Source: Candidatus Nomurabacteria bacterium (GTDB taxonomy: Bacteria; Patescibacteriota; Patescibacteriia; HK-STAS-PATE-3). From it: a stretch of DNA of 64,000 bases. Position numbers and translations under genes: made by a program. Below, piece after piece: positions 36,477 to 46,268 of the stretch (positions are counted from its first letter, which is position 1; each line of letters begins with the position of its first letter). The notes beneath the pieces were generated by a model. It ran no database searches. It was given only the letters and a program-made list of their open reading frames with translations, and had not been told where the DNA came from. The DNA is taken from NCBI GenBank assembly GCA_023898465.1, contig CP060223.1, positions 128,001 through 192,000 of the forward strand, given 5' to 3'.

Positions 36477-39400
36477 ATGAACTTTATGCGGTATTCCTTC
36501 CTCCAAGTCGATGCAAAAAAACTGATGCGGATCAGCTTGTTTCTGCTATTGCTTGGAGTTAGCGTATTAAGCAGCAGCAATGGAGCTGGGGCAGCTGGTA
36601 GCGTGGTCATCTCCAATGTCCGTATTAATGATTTAACAACGGGGTATGCTGACATTGGATGGAATACTAACCTCCCTTCAGATTCCATTATTGAGTGGGG
36701 TGTGATTGGCGGAGGCTTGCCAAATCAAGTTGCTGCTAGTGATTTAGTAACGACACATCAACTTCGTTTAGAGCCTTTAGCAGCTGATACGGTCTACGAA
36801 TATCGGGTTGGTTCAAAGCTGGACAGTGAGGCAGAATCTGACCGAGCCTGGTTTCCGGACTCAGGAACAATTACCTTTTCCACACCATCAGGCGGTGGCG
36901 GTGGTAGTGACGAGGGTCCGCGCCTCACCAACATTCAAGTAAATGCAAACTGCTGCAGCGGCACCTTTACTTTCTCAACAAATGAGCCTTCGGCGTATAA
37001 AATTACCATTACCGATGGTCCAAACGCCGTAGGAAATTCAAGTACTTCTGCTCCAGGAAACTTCTTAAACGATTGGTCAGTAGCCTATCCAGCGGACTTT
37101 GTGAATAATATTCCTTTACTGGCCTCAAGTAGCTACGAATATAGAATTGAGTTGACTGATCCAGAGGGCAACTATCGTAGCTACGGACCCTTACCATTCA
37201 GGACTGGGTTGAATCAGTTTGATTATGTGTTTACACCTGGAGTTTGTGCGGAAGATAATACACCTCTTGGTCAATGTAATGAAGATGGCTTCTACTGTGG
37301 ACCAGGCGGCTTGGTTATCAACTGTGAAGTTTGTGGATTCCAATGTCAGGTGGGGGAGACGTGCCGTAATGGTGGAGCCTGTACGACTGATCCGGGCTTA
37401 GGGAATGATTCGTATCAGTGTAATCCTCCATCGTGCTATGGTCGGGCCTGTGTGAATAGCGGCAGCGCTTGTAGTACTGATGCGGATTGTCCTGGCAGCT
37501 CTTGTCAGGAGGGTGTTTTCTTGAGTCCAGCTGGGCCAGGGTGTTACGCATCCTGGAATCAATGTAATGCTAACACTGTAGTGCAGGTTGATCGTGATCG
37601 CGTGTGTAATAAGTGGATGACTTGCCGAACCCAAACGCAGGTAACTAATCCTACAACACAGACAACAGAGAACCTTTGCTATGACTTAGCAGCTTGTGCA
37701 GCCATCGGGCCAAATGGTGAGTGCGCGAAGCCACTCTTTGGTAAATATTGTGTAGGCGATGCATTGCGCTTCTGCTCTACTGGTAATGATTGTGAGTCAG
37801 GACTTTGTAAGCCTGCCTCGGGCACTTATTGTGCTGTTCCACGTCGCCCCAGTCCGACTGAGCCCTATGAATATGTGCCCTGTGATGTGAATGAAGGCGG
37901 TACAAATAATCCAACTTGTTTACCTTTTGACTCTAATGGAAAGTGCACTGAATTTCAGCCGGAAAATGTTACTTATGTAAGTCCAATAGATGTGCAAAAG
38001 ATTAAGTATTTGAGCGGATCAGTCAAAGCAGGTCTTCGCTGGAATACTGGGGTTTCTTTTACTTATGATGGACAGTTTCCTTGGTATTTCATGCCACAAG
38101 ACGGCTCGGTTGTGTCGCTAGGTAACGAGGCATTTGAAAATCAAGAATCAACAACTATTACTAGTAGCAACGGGACTCAGCAAACTGTTATTGATTATAC
38201 AACAAGCCCTTGGTCAGCTTACGGACGTCGCGGCAGTGATAATAGTGAAGCGACTATTACAGTTGTTCCAGAGGATGGAACTGGGCAAAGCAATCCAAAT
38301 CATATATTAAAGATAGACCCCACTGACGCGGGTAGCTATTGTCGCGGTGGAGTAAATGACGGAAACGCATGTTCGGGTGATGTTGACTGCGGCGGTGTTG
38401 CTGATTCTTGTGTTGAGGAGTTTTCCGGAGCGCAAGCCCCATCAAGCCCCTTTTCAACTCTTAATGGTGCAAAATATATTATTTCATTTAAGATACGCTC
38501 CTCTGTCCCTGAGGGTCAAACTATTCAAGCGAGAATTATGTCTCCTAATGGTAGTGTAAGTGAGCTGTGGAGAGGGGAGGTAACGACAAGCTGGCAAGGA
38601 ATAGTTGCTAATCCTGTCCCAGTAAAGGGAGGTAGTGGCTGGTTGCAGTTTGTGCGTTTGTCCGATAATAGTGATCCGTTCTACATTGATGATGTGTCTT
38701 TAAATGTAGCTCTCGGGGTTTCAAAGACTAACAATGCTGAACAACTTAATTATGTTCCCCGATCTTGTCGTTTATATCCAAGCGAAGACTCACTACTATG
38801 TCAGTATCGCGATGACTCCGGAGTCCGATACAAGGGGTGGTATGGCTATTGTCTAGAAAAAGATCCTAAATTTGCTGATCGATGCATTTCTTGGTGGCCA
38901 GTGGATATTATTGGCGGAGAAACCGATGTATATGGGACCTTTGGGTCAGAAATTCAGGCAGGTTATTCCGATCGGAGTCCACTCTATTATTGCGTAGAGG
39001 CTGAAGGGGTTACCGGTGGTGACGAGCTAGATCATGACGGAGATGAAAATGATGTTCCAGTTTCGGAAGTATCCGATGGCTGGAGATTATTACGATCGAC
39101 CATGCAGGGCTATGAAAGTGAGAATGGAAAGTGTAATACTATGCGTTTGTGGTATGGAATTGCTTCGAAAGGATTGCTTGGGGGTTGTGATGATAAAGAC
39201 TTTTTCGGTGACACTGATGGAGATTGTGAATGGAGCGGATGTGATGGAAAAGCTGATTACTCGGTATTTCATTTTGACGATAGTAATAATGACCCTGCTC
39301 ATTTTCAGTGGGATCCAGCTGATGAATATTATAAGAATGAAATTATACAAATATGTATAGATGAAAAAGCTACGACACACAGTGATTGGCATATTGGTAG

Positions 39401-41123
39401 GTTTTGTTTAAATGACGATAATAACTGGAAAGCCCGAAGGGAGCCCGGAGGAGGTAATTTCTTTGAGATCGAAGTAGTTTTTAATACTACTACCGGTAGG
39501 TTAGACGCTTTTAAACTATGGGGTAATGATAAAAGTGGAGATTACGGTGGTTTTGAGGCAAATGTTTCAGTCCAACTGCGTGAAACCTGTAATAAAATTG
39601 TGAAGGTGGTAGATGAAAATGGTCAAAATAAAGCTTGGGCAAGCCGATTATCAATTGGAAGTGGCTATACTATTCGCGACATTAATTATGTACTTACGCA
39701 GGATTTGGCACCTTATGGTGGTGCAGTAACAAGCGCTGGTGATCCATCCACCTGGACTGAAAAATTATACGTTGAACAACCGAGGACAAATGAAAATTTC
39801 ACCTTCCCATATCAATCTCGAGCAGGTTCACCGTTTGCTTGCAAAGGTGATTGTTCAAGTAGGGTTTGTATAGGTGGGGGCTCAACTGAGGGCGCAATCT
39901 GTCATACTGCTGACGATTGTCGAGATAATTCAGGAAACCAGGGCGTTTGTGCTGGTGTAGGAGTGTGTTCTATTTCTCAGAAAGCCTGTCAAGGTAATTT
40001 TAGTGAATCGGGTACTTGCTTAGCGCCTGATGGAACAACGTTAACTGCAGATAAATGTTGTTCCCTAGATAATGCAAGTGATATTTGTATAGGGGGTGCA
40101 GCCAGTATTCGAACTAGTCAGGTATACAATACTGACGATGAATACCAGTGTGAAAAATCCGGCGCTTGGTGTGGCTGTAATAGTCCGACAGATTGTAGTA
40201 ATGTCAATGGTGATACTCTTTGCGAGAGCTATCAAGACGGTGATACATGTAAGGCGATCGCACCCGCAAGTATTTTTAAACGCGCTTTTGCAATTAATAA
40301 CTTGCAGCGTATCTTTTCCGAAAGCTATGGATTCTGGACCTGGAGTCAAAAACAAGGAAAATATATAGCTCAAGAAGGGGCAGAGGATTGGTCGCCACCA
40401 ACTAAGCAATGCCTTGTTTGTAATACTTCACCACAAAAGGCCTGCGACCAGCTTGGAACAACATCTCAATGTGGAGGTGCAACTTGTAATCTTATTAGTG
40501 TTCGAGGAACATATAATACGACTGTTCCCGCGGCAGATTACTGTGGAGTGCGCCCACGGACGTATAATTTTTCGGTAAATGATCAGCAGTCAGCGGATGT
40601 TTCCGATGGATCCTGGGTAAACTTTAAATTTAATTCGACAGCTGATAGTGAGCAGTTGCCGTTAGACTCCCTCTTAATTGATTGGAGCGATGGTCAGCAG
40701 CAATCAGTTTACTTCCCTTATGCGCCAAAATCTGATGCAGGAAATCCACATAACTTGAGTCATCGCTATTTTTGCAGCCCGACGACTCTTGAGAATCTCC
40801 CTACGTGTAACAGTGATCCAAAATTACGAACTTATCCTTGTGCTGGTCCGACTGGAGGGGAGAAACAATATTGTGTATATCAACCTCGCGTGGTTGTTAA
40901 AGATAATTGGGGTTGGTGTAATGGCGTGCCAGCTGATTTTCAAGAAGGCTCAGCATGCCCTTGTGCCGACGGGCAATTCTGTCATCCTCAATATAATATA
41001 TGTGTAGATAATGATTATCTTAACCTCTCATGTGAATCAAGTGATATAAACTTCCCACCGAGCTGGCAAGATTACGCGCCAAACAAAACTATTGAGGTGC
41101 ACGTGCAGCCAATTGGAACTTAG
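36477..41123 (+). CDS. giant secreted Cys-rich surface protein (~1550 aa) with N-terminal Fn3-like domain
   Basis: The ORF runs from 36432 and overlaps the upstream gene. Candidate starts are ATG 36477 and ATG 36525. The latter gives the classic signal peptide MRISLFLLLLGVSVLSSSNGAGAAG. An Fn3-like N-terminal domain (DTVYEYRVGSK) is followed by many Cys-rich modules (CVNSGSACSTDADCPGSSC ...). Confidence 0.8.
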   Translation: MNFMRYSFLQVDAKKLMRISLFLLLLGVSVLSSSNGAGAAGSVVISNVRINDLTTGYADIGWNTNLPSDSIIEWGVIGGGLPNQVAASDLVTTHQLRLEPLAADTVYEYRVGSKLDSEAESDRAWFPDSGTITFSTPSGGGGGSDEGPRLTNIQVNANCCSGTFTFSTNEPSAYKITITDGPNAVGNSSTSAPGNFLNDWSVAYPADFVNNIPLLASSSYEYRIELTDPEGNYRSYGPLPFRTGLNQFDYVFTPGVCAEDNTPLGQCNEDGFYCGPGGLVINCEVCGFQCQVGETCRNGGACTTDPGLGNDSYQCNPPSCYGRACVNSGSACSTDADCPGSSCQEGVFLSPAGPGCYASWNQCNANTVVQVDRDRVCNKWMTCRTQTQVTNPTTQTTENLCYDLAACAAIGPNGECAKPLFGKYCVGDALRFCSTGNDCESGLCKPASGTYCAVPRRPSPTEPYEYVPCDVNEGGTNNPTCLPFDSNGKCTEFQPENVTYVSPIDVQKIKYLSGSVKAGLRWNTGVSFTYDGQFPWYFMPQDGSVVSLGNEAFENQESTTITSSNGTQQTVIDYTTSPWSAYGRRGSDNSEATITVVPEDGTGQSNPNHILKIDPTDAGSYCRGGVNDGNACSGDVDCGGVADSCVEEFSGAQAPSSPFSTLNGAKYIISFKIRSSVPEGQTIQARIMSPNGSVSELWRGEVTTSWQGIVANPVPVKGGSGWLQFVRLSDNSDPFYIDDVSLNVALGVSKTNNAEQLNYVPRSCRLYPSEDSLLCQYRDDSGVRYKGWYGYCLEKDPKFADRCISWWPVDIIGGETDVYGTFGSEIQAGYSDRSPLYYCVEAEGVTGGDELDHDGDENDVPVSEVSDGWRLLRSTMQGYESENGKCNTMRLWYGIASKGLLGGCDDKDFFGDTDGDCEWSGCDGKADYSVFHFDDSNNDPAHFQWDPADEYYKNEIIQICIDEKATTHSDWHIGRFCLNDDNNWKARREPGGGNFFEIEVVFNTTTGRLDAFKLWGNDKSGDYGGFEANVSVQLRETCNKIVKVVDENGQNKAWASRLSIGSGYTIRDINYVLTQDLAPYGGAVTSAGDPSTWTEKLYVEQPRTNENFTFPYQSRAGSPFACKGDCSSRVCIGGGSTEGAICHTADDCRDNSGNQGVCAGVGVCSISQKACQGNFSESGTCLAPDGTTLTADKCCSLDNASDICIGGAASIRTSQVYNTDDEYQCEKSGAWCGCNSPTDCSNVNGDTLCESYQDGDTCKAIAPASIFKRAFAINNLQRIFSESYGFWTWSQKQGKYIAQEGAEDWSPPTKQCLVCNTSPQKACDQLGTTSQCGGATCNLISVRGTYNTTVPAADYCGVRPRTYNFSVNDQQSADVSDGSWVNFKFNSTADSEQLPLDSLLIDWSDGQQQSVYFPYAPKSDAGNPHNLSHRYFCSPTTLENLPTCNSDPKLRTYPCAGPTGGEKQYCVYQPRVVVKDNWGWCNGVPADFQEGSACPCADGQFCHPQYNICVDNDYLNLSCESSDINFPPSWQDYAPNKTIEVHVQPIGT

Positions 41124-41126
41124 CAC

Positions 41127-44100
41127 ATGAAATTCTTTTTGAGACTTACAGGTCGGATGCGAGAAAAAAGGGGACTAGGTCCGACTGTGCTTGTGAGTGT
41201 CTTTATTGTTGCCGCACTGGTACTTTTCTTTCCTGAGAGTCGCGCCTATGCCGCAAGCACGGGAGATAAGGTAGCACTCTTCTTTATTGAGAATTTCATG
41301 TACCCGGTGGTGCAGTTTTTGGCGAACGTATTGATTGTGGTAATAAATATCCTCGTCGCCGTTGCGCAGTACAATGGATTTATCAATGCTCCGGCAGTAG
41401 AAAAAGGTTGGGTGATTGTACGCGATCTCTCCAACATGTTTTTCATTGTCTTTTTGCTTATTATTGCGTTTGGTACCATATTTAAAATCGAAGCGTATCG
41501 TTACAATCGCATTCTTGGTAAGCTAGTTATTTTTGCTTTCTTGATTAACTTTTCAAAGTTTGTTGCTGGATTTTGGATAGACATCGGACAGGTGATCATG
41601 TTGACCTTTGTGAACGGGTTTAAGGACGCAGCAGCTGGTAATTTAGCCTCCGGTCTGGGATTAGACAAAACGCTAGAACTTTCAAACAGTCCACTTCAGA
41701 ACATTGACATCACGAGCAAAGCGCTTTATGGCGCTATTATTCTTGCCTTAATCCTCCTAGGGATTGCCGTTGTAGTGACGCTCATTATTACGGTGTTGTT
41801 GCTTTATCGTATTGTGATGTTATGGATATTGATTGTTTTTTCGCCTTTGGCTTTCCTTACCCGTATTTTTCCAAATACGACCAAATACTCTGATCAGTGG
41901 TGGGGTGAGTTTAATAAGAACATCATTGTTGGACCGGTGCTCGCCTTTTTTCTCTGGCTTTCATTAACTGTTATTGCAACAAGCAATGGAAATCTTGCCA
42001 CAGACTTTCAGTCAGTAAGTACGCAAGAGACTACCGGATTATTAGGCACGGCAAATGAGGCTGGTGAAGGCACTGGTCAGACGATTTCCGCCGCCATCAC
42101 TACGATAGGTGAGTCTGATCGTCTACTTTCCTACATGATTACCATTGGTCTCTTGTTAGGCTCTTTGCAAGCTGCACAACAACTCGGTGCTGCTGGGGGT
42201 CGCTGGGCCGGTTCAATGTCAGAGAAACTGAAGACCGGTGGTTTAAGTGCGGCCGGTGTTCTGAGCGGAGTAGCTGCGGCTCGACTTGCCTTACGAGGAG
42301 GAAAGGCTGGTGCAGAGCGTGTCGGGAGTACCGCATGGCGAACTGCGGTTACGAAATCAAAGGTAGGCAATCGACAGATACTGGCACCTTTAACCAGGAA
42401 ATACTGGGAAGGGTATGCACAGCGTGGGGCTGAGCAGCAGCAAGTCCTTGATCGTCGCATGATGGCCCGTGGGCGCACCATGGCTGATATTGTCCGTGAA
42501 ACCAAGCTCTATGGTGGTGGCGGTGACTTAGCCGTGGGCACCTACATTGAAGACACTGAACGCGCCTTGATTAACGAGGGCTATAATGAAAAACAAAAAA
42601 GTTTAGGAAAAAATCCTAGCTCGGAAAAGGTTGTTCAAGAAATGTGGAGCGCCAAAGCACAAAAAGGTGAACAAGGTATTACTTCAAAAAACAGTGGAGC
42701 GCTTCTGGGTGCTAGAAATGGAAATTGGGACGATCTTAACCAAATGATGTTTTTTAATAAGGAGCTTAAATCAAACATTGAAAAATACGGGCCTGACCCT
42801 GATCAAATCCCTGCAGACGTAAAAAGTAAGCTACTTGAAGAATGGGGCTTTAGTACTGATAGTGCCATTGATGAATGGGAAGATGTGGTGAATGAAAGTT
42901 CGAAACACATGCGTGTCATTATGATGAATTATCTAGGCCTGTCACGTAAGTATGATCCAGAATATCTAGCGGCTCAGGAAGCACAAAAGAGAGGGAAGAA
43001 CATCCATATCATGCGTCGTGAAGGCGAGGCTGGTGACGCAGGTGCTGCAAAAGAATATAAAGAAATTATGCAAAAATCCCAGCAACAAGCTATGAACGAA
43101 GCTAAAAACGCTGGAATTGATGATCGCAATCGACTCATAGCCTTACAGTGGGCCGGTGATGAAGCACTTAGTGTGGGTCAGCACGTTGAACAGCGACATG
43201 GACTCTTTAATGAAGAAGAGGGGTATAGCTATATTGGCACCCTAGAAAAAATGGCAGATGATTCTTACGGTCTGCTGAACAAAACAGAATCATCCAAAGT
43301 TATGGAGCGCATGTCGCCTCATGCCATTACTCCGCGCTATTTTGATACGGAAACAGGTGAGATAGACTATAATACTGACGCATCTGAATGGAGCGAGATT
43401 GGGAAACGGATGTTTAAATTCTTTGGTAAGTTTACCAACCGTGAAATTGGACGAATGTCGGGCCGTGTCGGTGAACAAATTATTGGACTTGATGGTGTTG
43501 TAGGAAAGAAAAATGTAATCTTTGATGCAAAAGGTCAATTTTACGAAGGCGAAGGAACAGATGAAGAAAAGAAAGCGCGTCGAGCTGAATCACAACGTCG
43601 GTGGGAGGCTATGTATAGTCAAGACTCACTTTCCGCGAAGAAATTATATATGAAGGTGTTTACCGGAAGTGCTGACGGATTTAAGGATTGGGATAAAGGT
43701 GGACAAACAATAAAAGGATGGACTCCTCCAGCACCGACAGAGGCGGAAAAAGCAGCTGTAAAAAAAGCTGAGGCTGAGGAAAATACAGAGACGGCTAATA
43801 AGGCAACAGGTGAAGAAAAAACATCTACGTCCGATACCGCGCAAAAAGATGAAACTAAATCGCCCGGAGGAGTGGTTTTGACTCCAGGTGCTCAGTTTAA
43901 GGCAGAACAAGAGGGGGAGGTAAAAACATCAGATAGAAGTAGTCAAACTCCTTCAGTAGAGCCTAGTGCTGATGAAAAAGCGCCTTATAATCGAGAACAT
44001 ATGCAAGCCTCTGATAGTTATGGCAGATTGGCGAATTCTTTGACCGCCTATCATGATGAATTGCCAAAATCGGCTGATGAGTTACGTACAACTATTAGCG

Positions 44101-44345
44101 AGCTTGGTCGTAACGTAACAGATGCGGTTGATCGTTTGAATAATATTCAGAGCAATGTAAAAGCTCCAGACTTAAAAAATGAAATAGGCGGTCTGGTAGA
44201 TAAATTGAAGACCCATCAGGAAAACGGAGAATCAATTCGCTTTAATCGAACCCCGGCTGATGAGCAGCGAGAATTCTTTAAGCGCAGTACAGAATTACTT
44301 GGTGAGGTGGGTAAGGTAATAAAAAAGTCAGTTAAAGAAAAGTAG
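41127..44345 (+). CDS. polytopic membrane protein, VirB6/TrbL-like (putative), with ~750 aa charged C-terminal extension
   Basis: 1072 aa. The N-terminal ~330 aa contain about 6 TM helices, a topology typical of VirB6/TrbL. The remainder is Lys/Glu-rich, coiled-coil-like and soluble. The family assignment rests on topology and context only. Confidence 0.6.
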   Translation: MKFFLRLTGRMREKRGLGPTVLVSVFIVAALVLFFPESRAYAASTGDKVALFFIENFMYPVVQFLANVLIVVINILVAVAQYNGFINAPAVEKGWVIVRDLSNMFFIVFLLIIAFGTIFKIEAYRYNRILGKLVIFAFLINFSKFVAGFWIDIGQVIMLTFVNGFKDAAAGNLASGLGLDKTLELSNSPLQNIDITSKALYGAIILALILLGIAVVVTLIITVLLLYRIVMLWILIVFSPLAFLTRIFPNTTKYSDQWWGEFNKNIIVGPVLAFFLWLSLTVIATSNGNLATDFQSVSTQETTGLLGTANEAGEGTGQTISAAITTIGESDRLLSYMITIGLLLGSLQAAQQLGAAGGRWAGSMSEKLKTGGLSAAGVLSGVAAARLALRGGKAGAERVGSTAWRTAVTKSKVGNRQILAPLTRKYWEGYAQRGAEQQQVLDRRMMARGRTMADIVRETKLYGGGGDLAVGTYIEDTERALINEGYNEKQKSLGKNPSSEKVVQEMWSAKAQKGEQGITSKNSGALLGARNGNWDDLNQMMFFNKELKSNIEKYGPDPDQIPADVKSKLLEEWGFSTDSAIDEWEDVVNESSKHMRVIMMNYLGLSRKYDPEYLAAQEAQKRGKNIHIMRREGEAGDAGAAKEYKEIMQKSQQQAMNEAKNAGIDDRNRLIALQWAGDEALSVGQHVEQRHGLFNEEEGYSYIGTLEKMADDSYGLLNKTESSKVMERMSPHAITPRYFDTETGEIDYNTDASEWSEIGKRMFKFFGKFTNREIGRMSGRVGEQIIGLDGVVGKKNVIFDAKGQFYEGEGTDEEKKARRAESQRRWEAMYSQDSLSAKKLYMKVFTGSADGFKDWDKGGQTIKGWTPPAPTEAEKAAVKKAEAEENTETANKATGEEKTSTSDTAQKDETKSPGGVVLTPGAQFKAEQEGEVKTSDRSSQTPSVEPSADEKAPYNREHMQASDSYGRLANSLTAYHDELPKSADELRTTISELGRNVTDAVDRLNNIQSNVKAPDLKNEIGGLVDKLKTHQENGESIRFNRTPADEQREFFKRSTELLGEVGKVIKKSVKEK

Positions 44346-44351
44346 TTTTTT

Positions 44352-45755
44352 ATGGTTACCTTTGAAGATTTTTACGAATATCACGACGTAGAGCGTCTAT
44401 CAGTCGAGGAAGTACAAAAGGCTGAGGTGTTAGCGGCTATTCGTGACGCATTAACACATGCCTGGTATCAAACCCAGCCTGGTAAGGCTCATTCGGTCCT
44501 TAGTTTTATCGACCAAAAATTTTCTACAATACCAAAGAGTACACTTCCTGAAGAGATAAAAACGCTCCTTTTTCAAATACAATGTATTGTCGAATTTTCT
44601 TCTCTCCCTTCCACCAGTCCGGAAGAAGTTCAAGAATACATGCAAAAGAAATCTCGGGTACCTCTTTTCATTGAAGAGCTTGAATTACAGGACATCATGC
44701 CGAGACTCATCCAGGTGCATTTAGGCTTCCCTGATTTGTTCTTACGTTGGTTTGGATCGGCAGTACAAGGCTTGCGAGCAGGTGAGCAAGAGATCGGCAA
44801 TTCTCGCATCCAATTGTTTAATGGTAAGGTGAGTAGTCCAACAATAGGCTCGTGGACGCAGGACTATGAACGATTTGCCGAAAATCATCCGGCTGATGGT
44901 GACGTAGTTATTGCTGAGTACATGACCAAGAGTCCGAATATTCGTTCCTTGGAAGATTCGGATAAAGCAGCCATTCGTAAGCTCTTTACTTGGTTTAACC
45001 TTTTATCAATCGATCAAAGTCCAATTTTGAGGGTGTCAGAGGCCAGTCGCCCGCGAGTAAGTCCTTCTAGTGTGTCAAAAATACCAGATACTCTTACACA
45101 AGAGCCAGATAATGATGTACTTGCACCAGTTGCCCCACAAAAGAGTATGGGTAAAATAAAACCTGTTCAAAGTGCAGCACAAGAGAAGCCGGAGCGAGAC
45201 GTGAGTCCACAAGAGTTATTACTCACTAATCTGCATAATTCAAGCAACCTAGTTGAGCGCTTTGAACGTTTAGAAAAAGATTTGCCCCCGGCTGGACCAA
45301 AGAGCATTATGCAACTTACTGCATTGGCGGAAAAAGCCTTAGCAGGGCAGGAGAAGTCAGGTCGTGTAATCGCTGGAATATTTCAAATAGTGCGAGCAAG
45401 GGGATTACAAGCCTTACTGAGCGACGCTTCATTTGTGAACCTTATGCGTAAGACAATGGCGCCGGAATTAGAGCAGCGTCTGCGCCTTACGCATGACCAG
45501 GCCGTGCAGGTAAGCGATTCACCGGCCAATCGCATGGTGATCTTAAAAGAGTTTTTTAAGGCTCTCTTTAATACTGCCACCGGATCTGAGGCTGATGCGG
45601 CACGCTTAATGGTGCATGTGGCAAGTATTGTGCCAGAAACAATGGCTGGTCCAGAAGCAGGTTTTGCCTATTTTGATATGAGCGACCAGCATTTCCACTG
45701 GTCTTTGACTGAAGTGCGCTCAGCCGATGGTGTGCTTCGTAACAGAATTCCGTAG
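44352..45755 (+). CDS. hypothetical cytoplasmic protein (467 aa)
   Basis: Clean ORF 7 nt after the upstream gene. No TM segment and no recognisable motif. It is the last gene of operon 1. Confidence 0.65.
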   Translation: MVTFEDFYEYHDVERLSVEEVQKAEVLAAIRDALTHAWYQTQPGKAHSVLSFIDQKFSTIPKSTLPEEIKTLLFQIQCIVEFSSLPSTSPEEVQEYMQKKSRVPLFIEELELQDIMPRLIQVHLGFPDLFLRWFGSAVQGLRAGEQEIGNSRIQLFNGKVSSPTIGSWTQDYERFAENHPADGDVVIAEYMTKSPNIRSLEDSDKAAIRKLFTWFNLLSIDQSPILRVSEASRPRVSPSSVSKIPDTLTQEPDNDVLAPVAPQKSMGKIKPVQSAAQEKPERDVSPQELLLTNLHNSSNLVERFERLEKDLPPAGPKSIMQLTALAEKALAGQEKSGRVIAGIFQIVRARGLQALLSDASFVNLMRKTMAPELEQRLRLTHDQAVQVSDSPANRMVILKEFFKALFNTATGSEADAARLMVHVASIVPETMAGPEAGFAYFDMSDQHFHWSLTEVRSADGVLRNRIP

Positions 45756-45772
45756 CCACAAAGCCCTCTTCC

Positions 45773-46102
45773 ATGCGGTTGACTTTTGCATTTCCGAGAA
45801 ACATGAATACATGGAGCCTTATGCGGCGTTTAGGGTATAGTCCAGATCGCCGGACAGGCTTCCCAGCCCAGCGTTCCGCAGCTCAGGAATCTAGCTATCA
45901 ACGACGATTGGGTCGATTGGTATACCCCCGATTTCATGTGTACGTAAACCAGGACAGCTCCGATCTTCTTGTGCTCAATATTCACGTAGATATGAAGAAA
46001 ACAAGCTATGAGGGTAGTCACGCTCATTCAGGTGAGTATGATGGACCTTTATTAGAAGAGGAAGCAGCTCGAATTCAGCAATATATCAGCGCAAGCCGCT
46101 AG
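45773..46102 (+). CDS. hypothetical protein (109 aa)
   Basis: ATG ORF lying in the gap between the two operons. No recognisable motif. Its GC content is slightly higher than that of neighbouring genes. Confidence 0.3.
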   Translation: MRLTFAFPRNMNTWSLMRRLGYSPDRRTGFPAQRSAAQESSYQRRLGRLVYPRFHVYVNQDSSDLLVLNIHVDMKKTSYEGSHAHSGEYDGPLLEEEAARIQQYISASR

Positions 46103-46158
46103 TTTTTGAAGCTAAAGACAGCTTGAGATAAATAGGCGATGTTTTTTATTTCTATTAC

Positions 46159-46187
46159 TTGGAATTTTCATAGCATTGTGGTATATT
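46159..46187 (+). promoter_or_regulatory. sigma70-like promoter (TTGGAA-17-TATATT) for the T4SS-like operon
   Basis: -35 TTGGAA at 46159..46164, 17 nt spacer, -10 TATATT at 46182..46187. It is about 80 nt upstream of the 46269 start, in an AT-rich 165 nt intergenic region. Confidence 0.45.
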
Positions 46188-46268
46188 ATCCCTAGTTATT
46201 CTCATACCAAAAACCTGTTTTTACGAGGAATTTGGATCAACTAAGGGGCGAACCGCAAAAAAGAAAAG

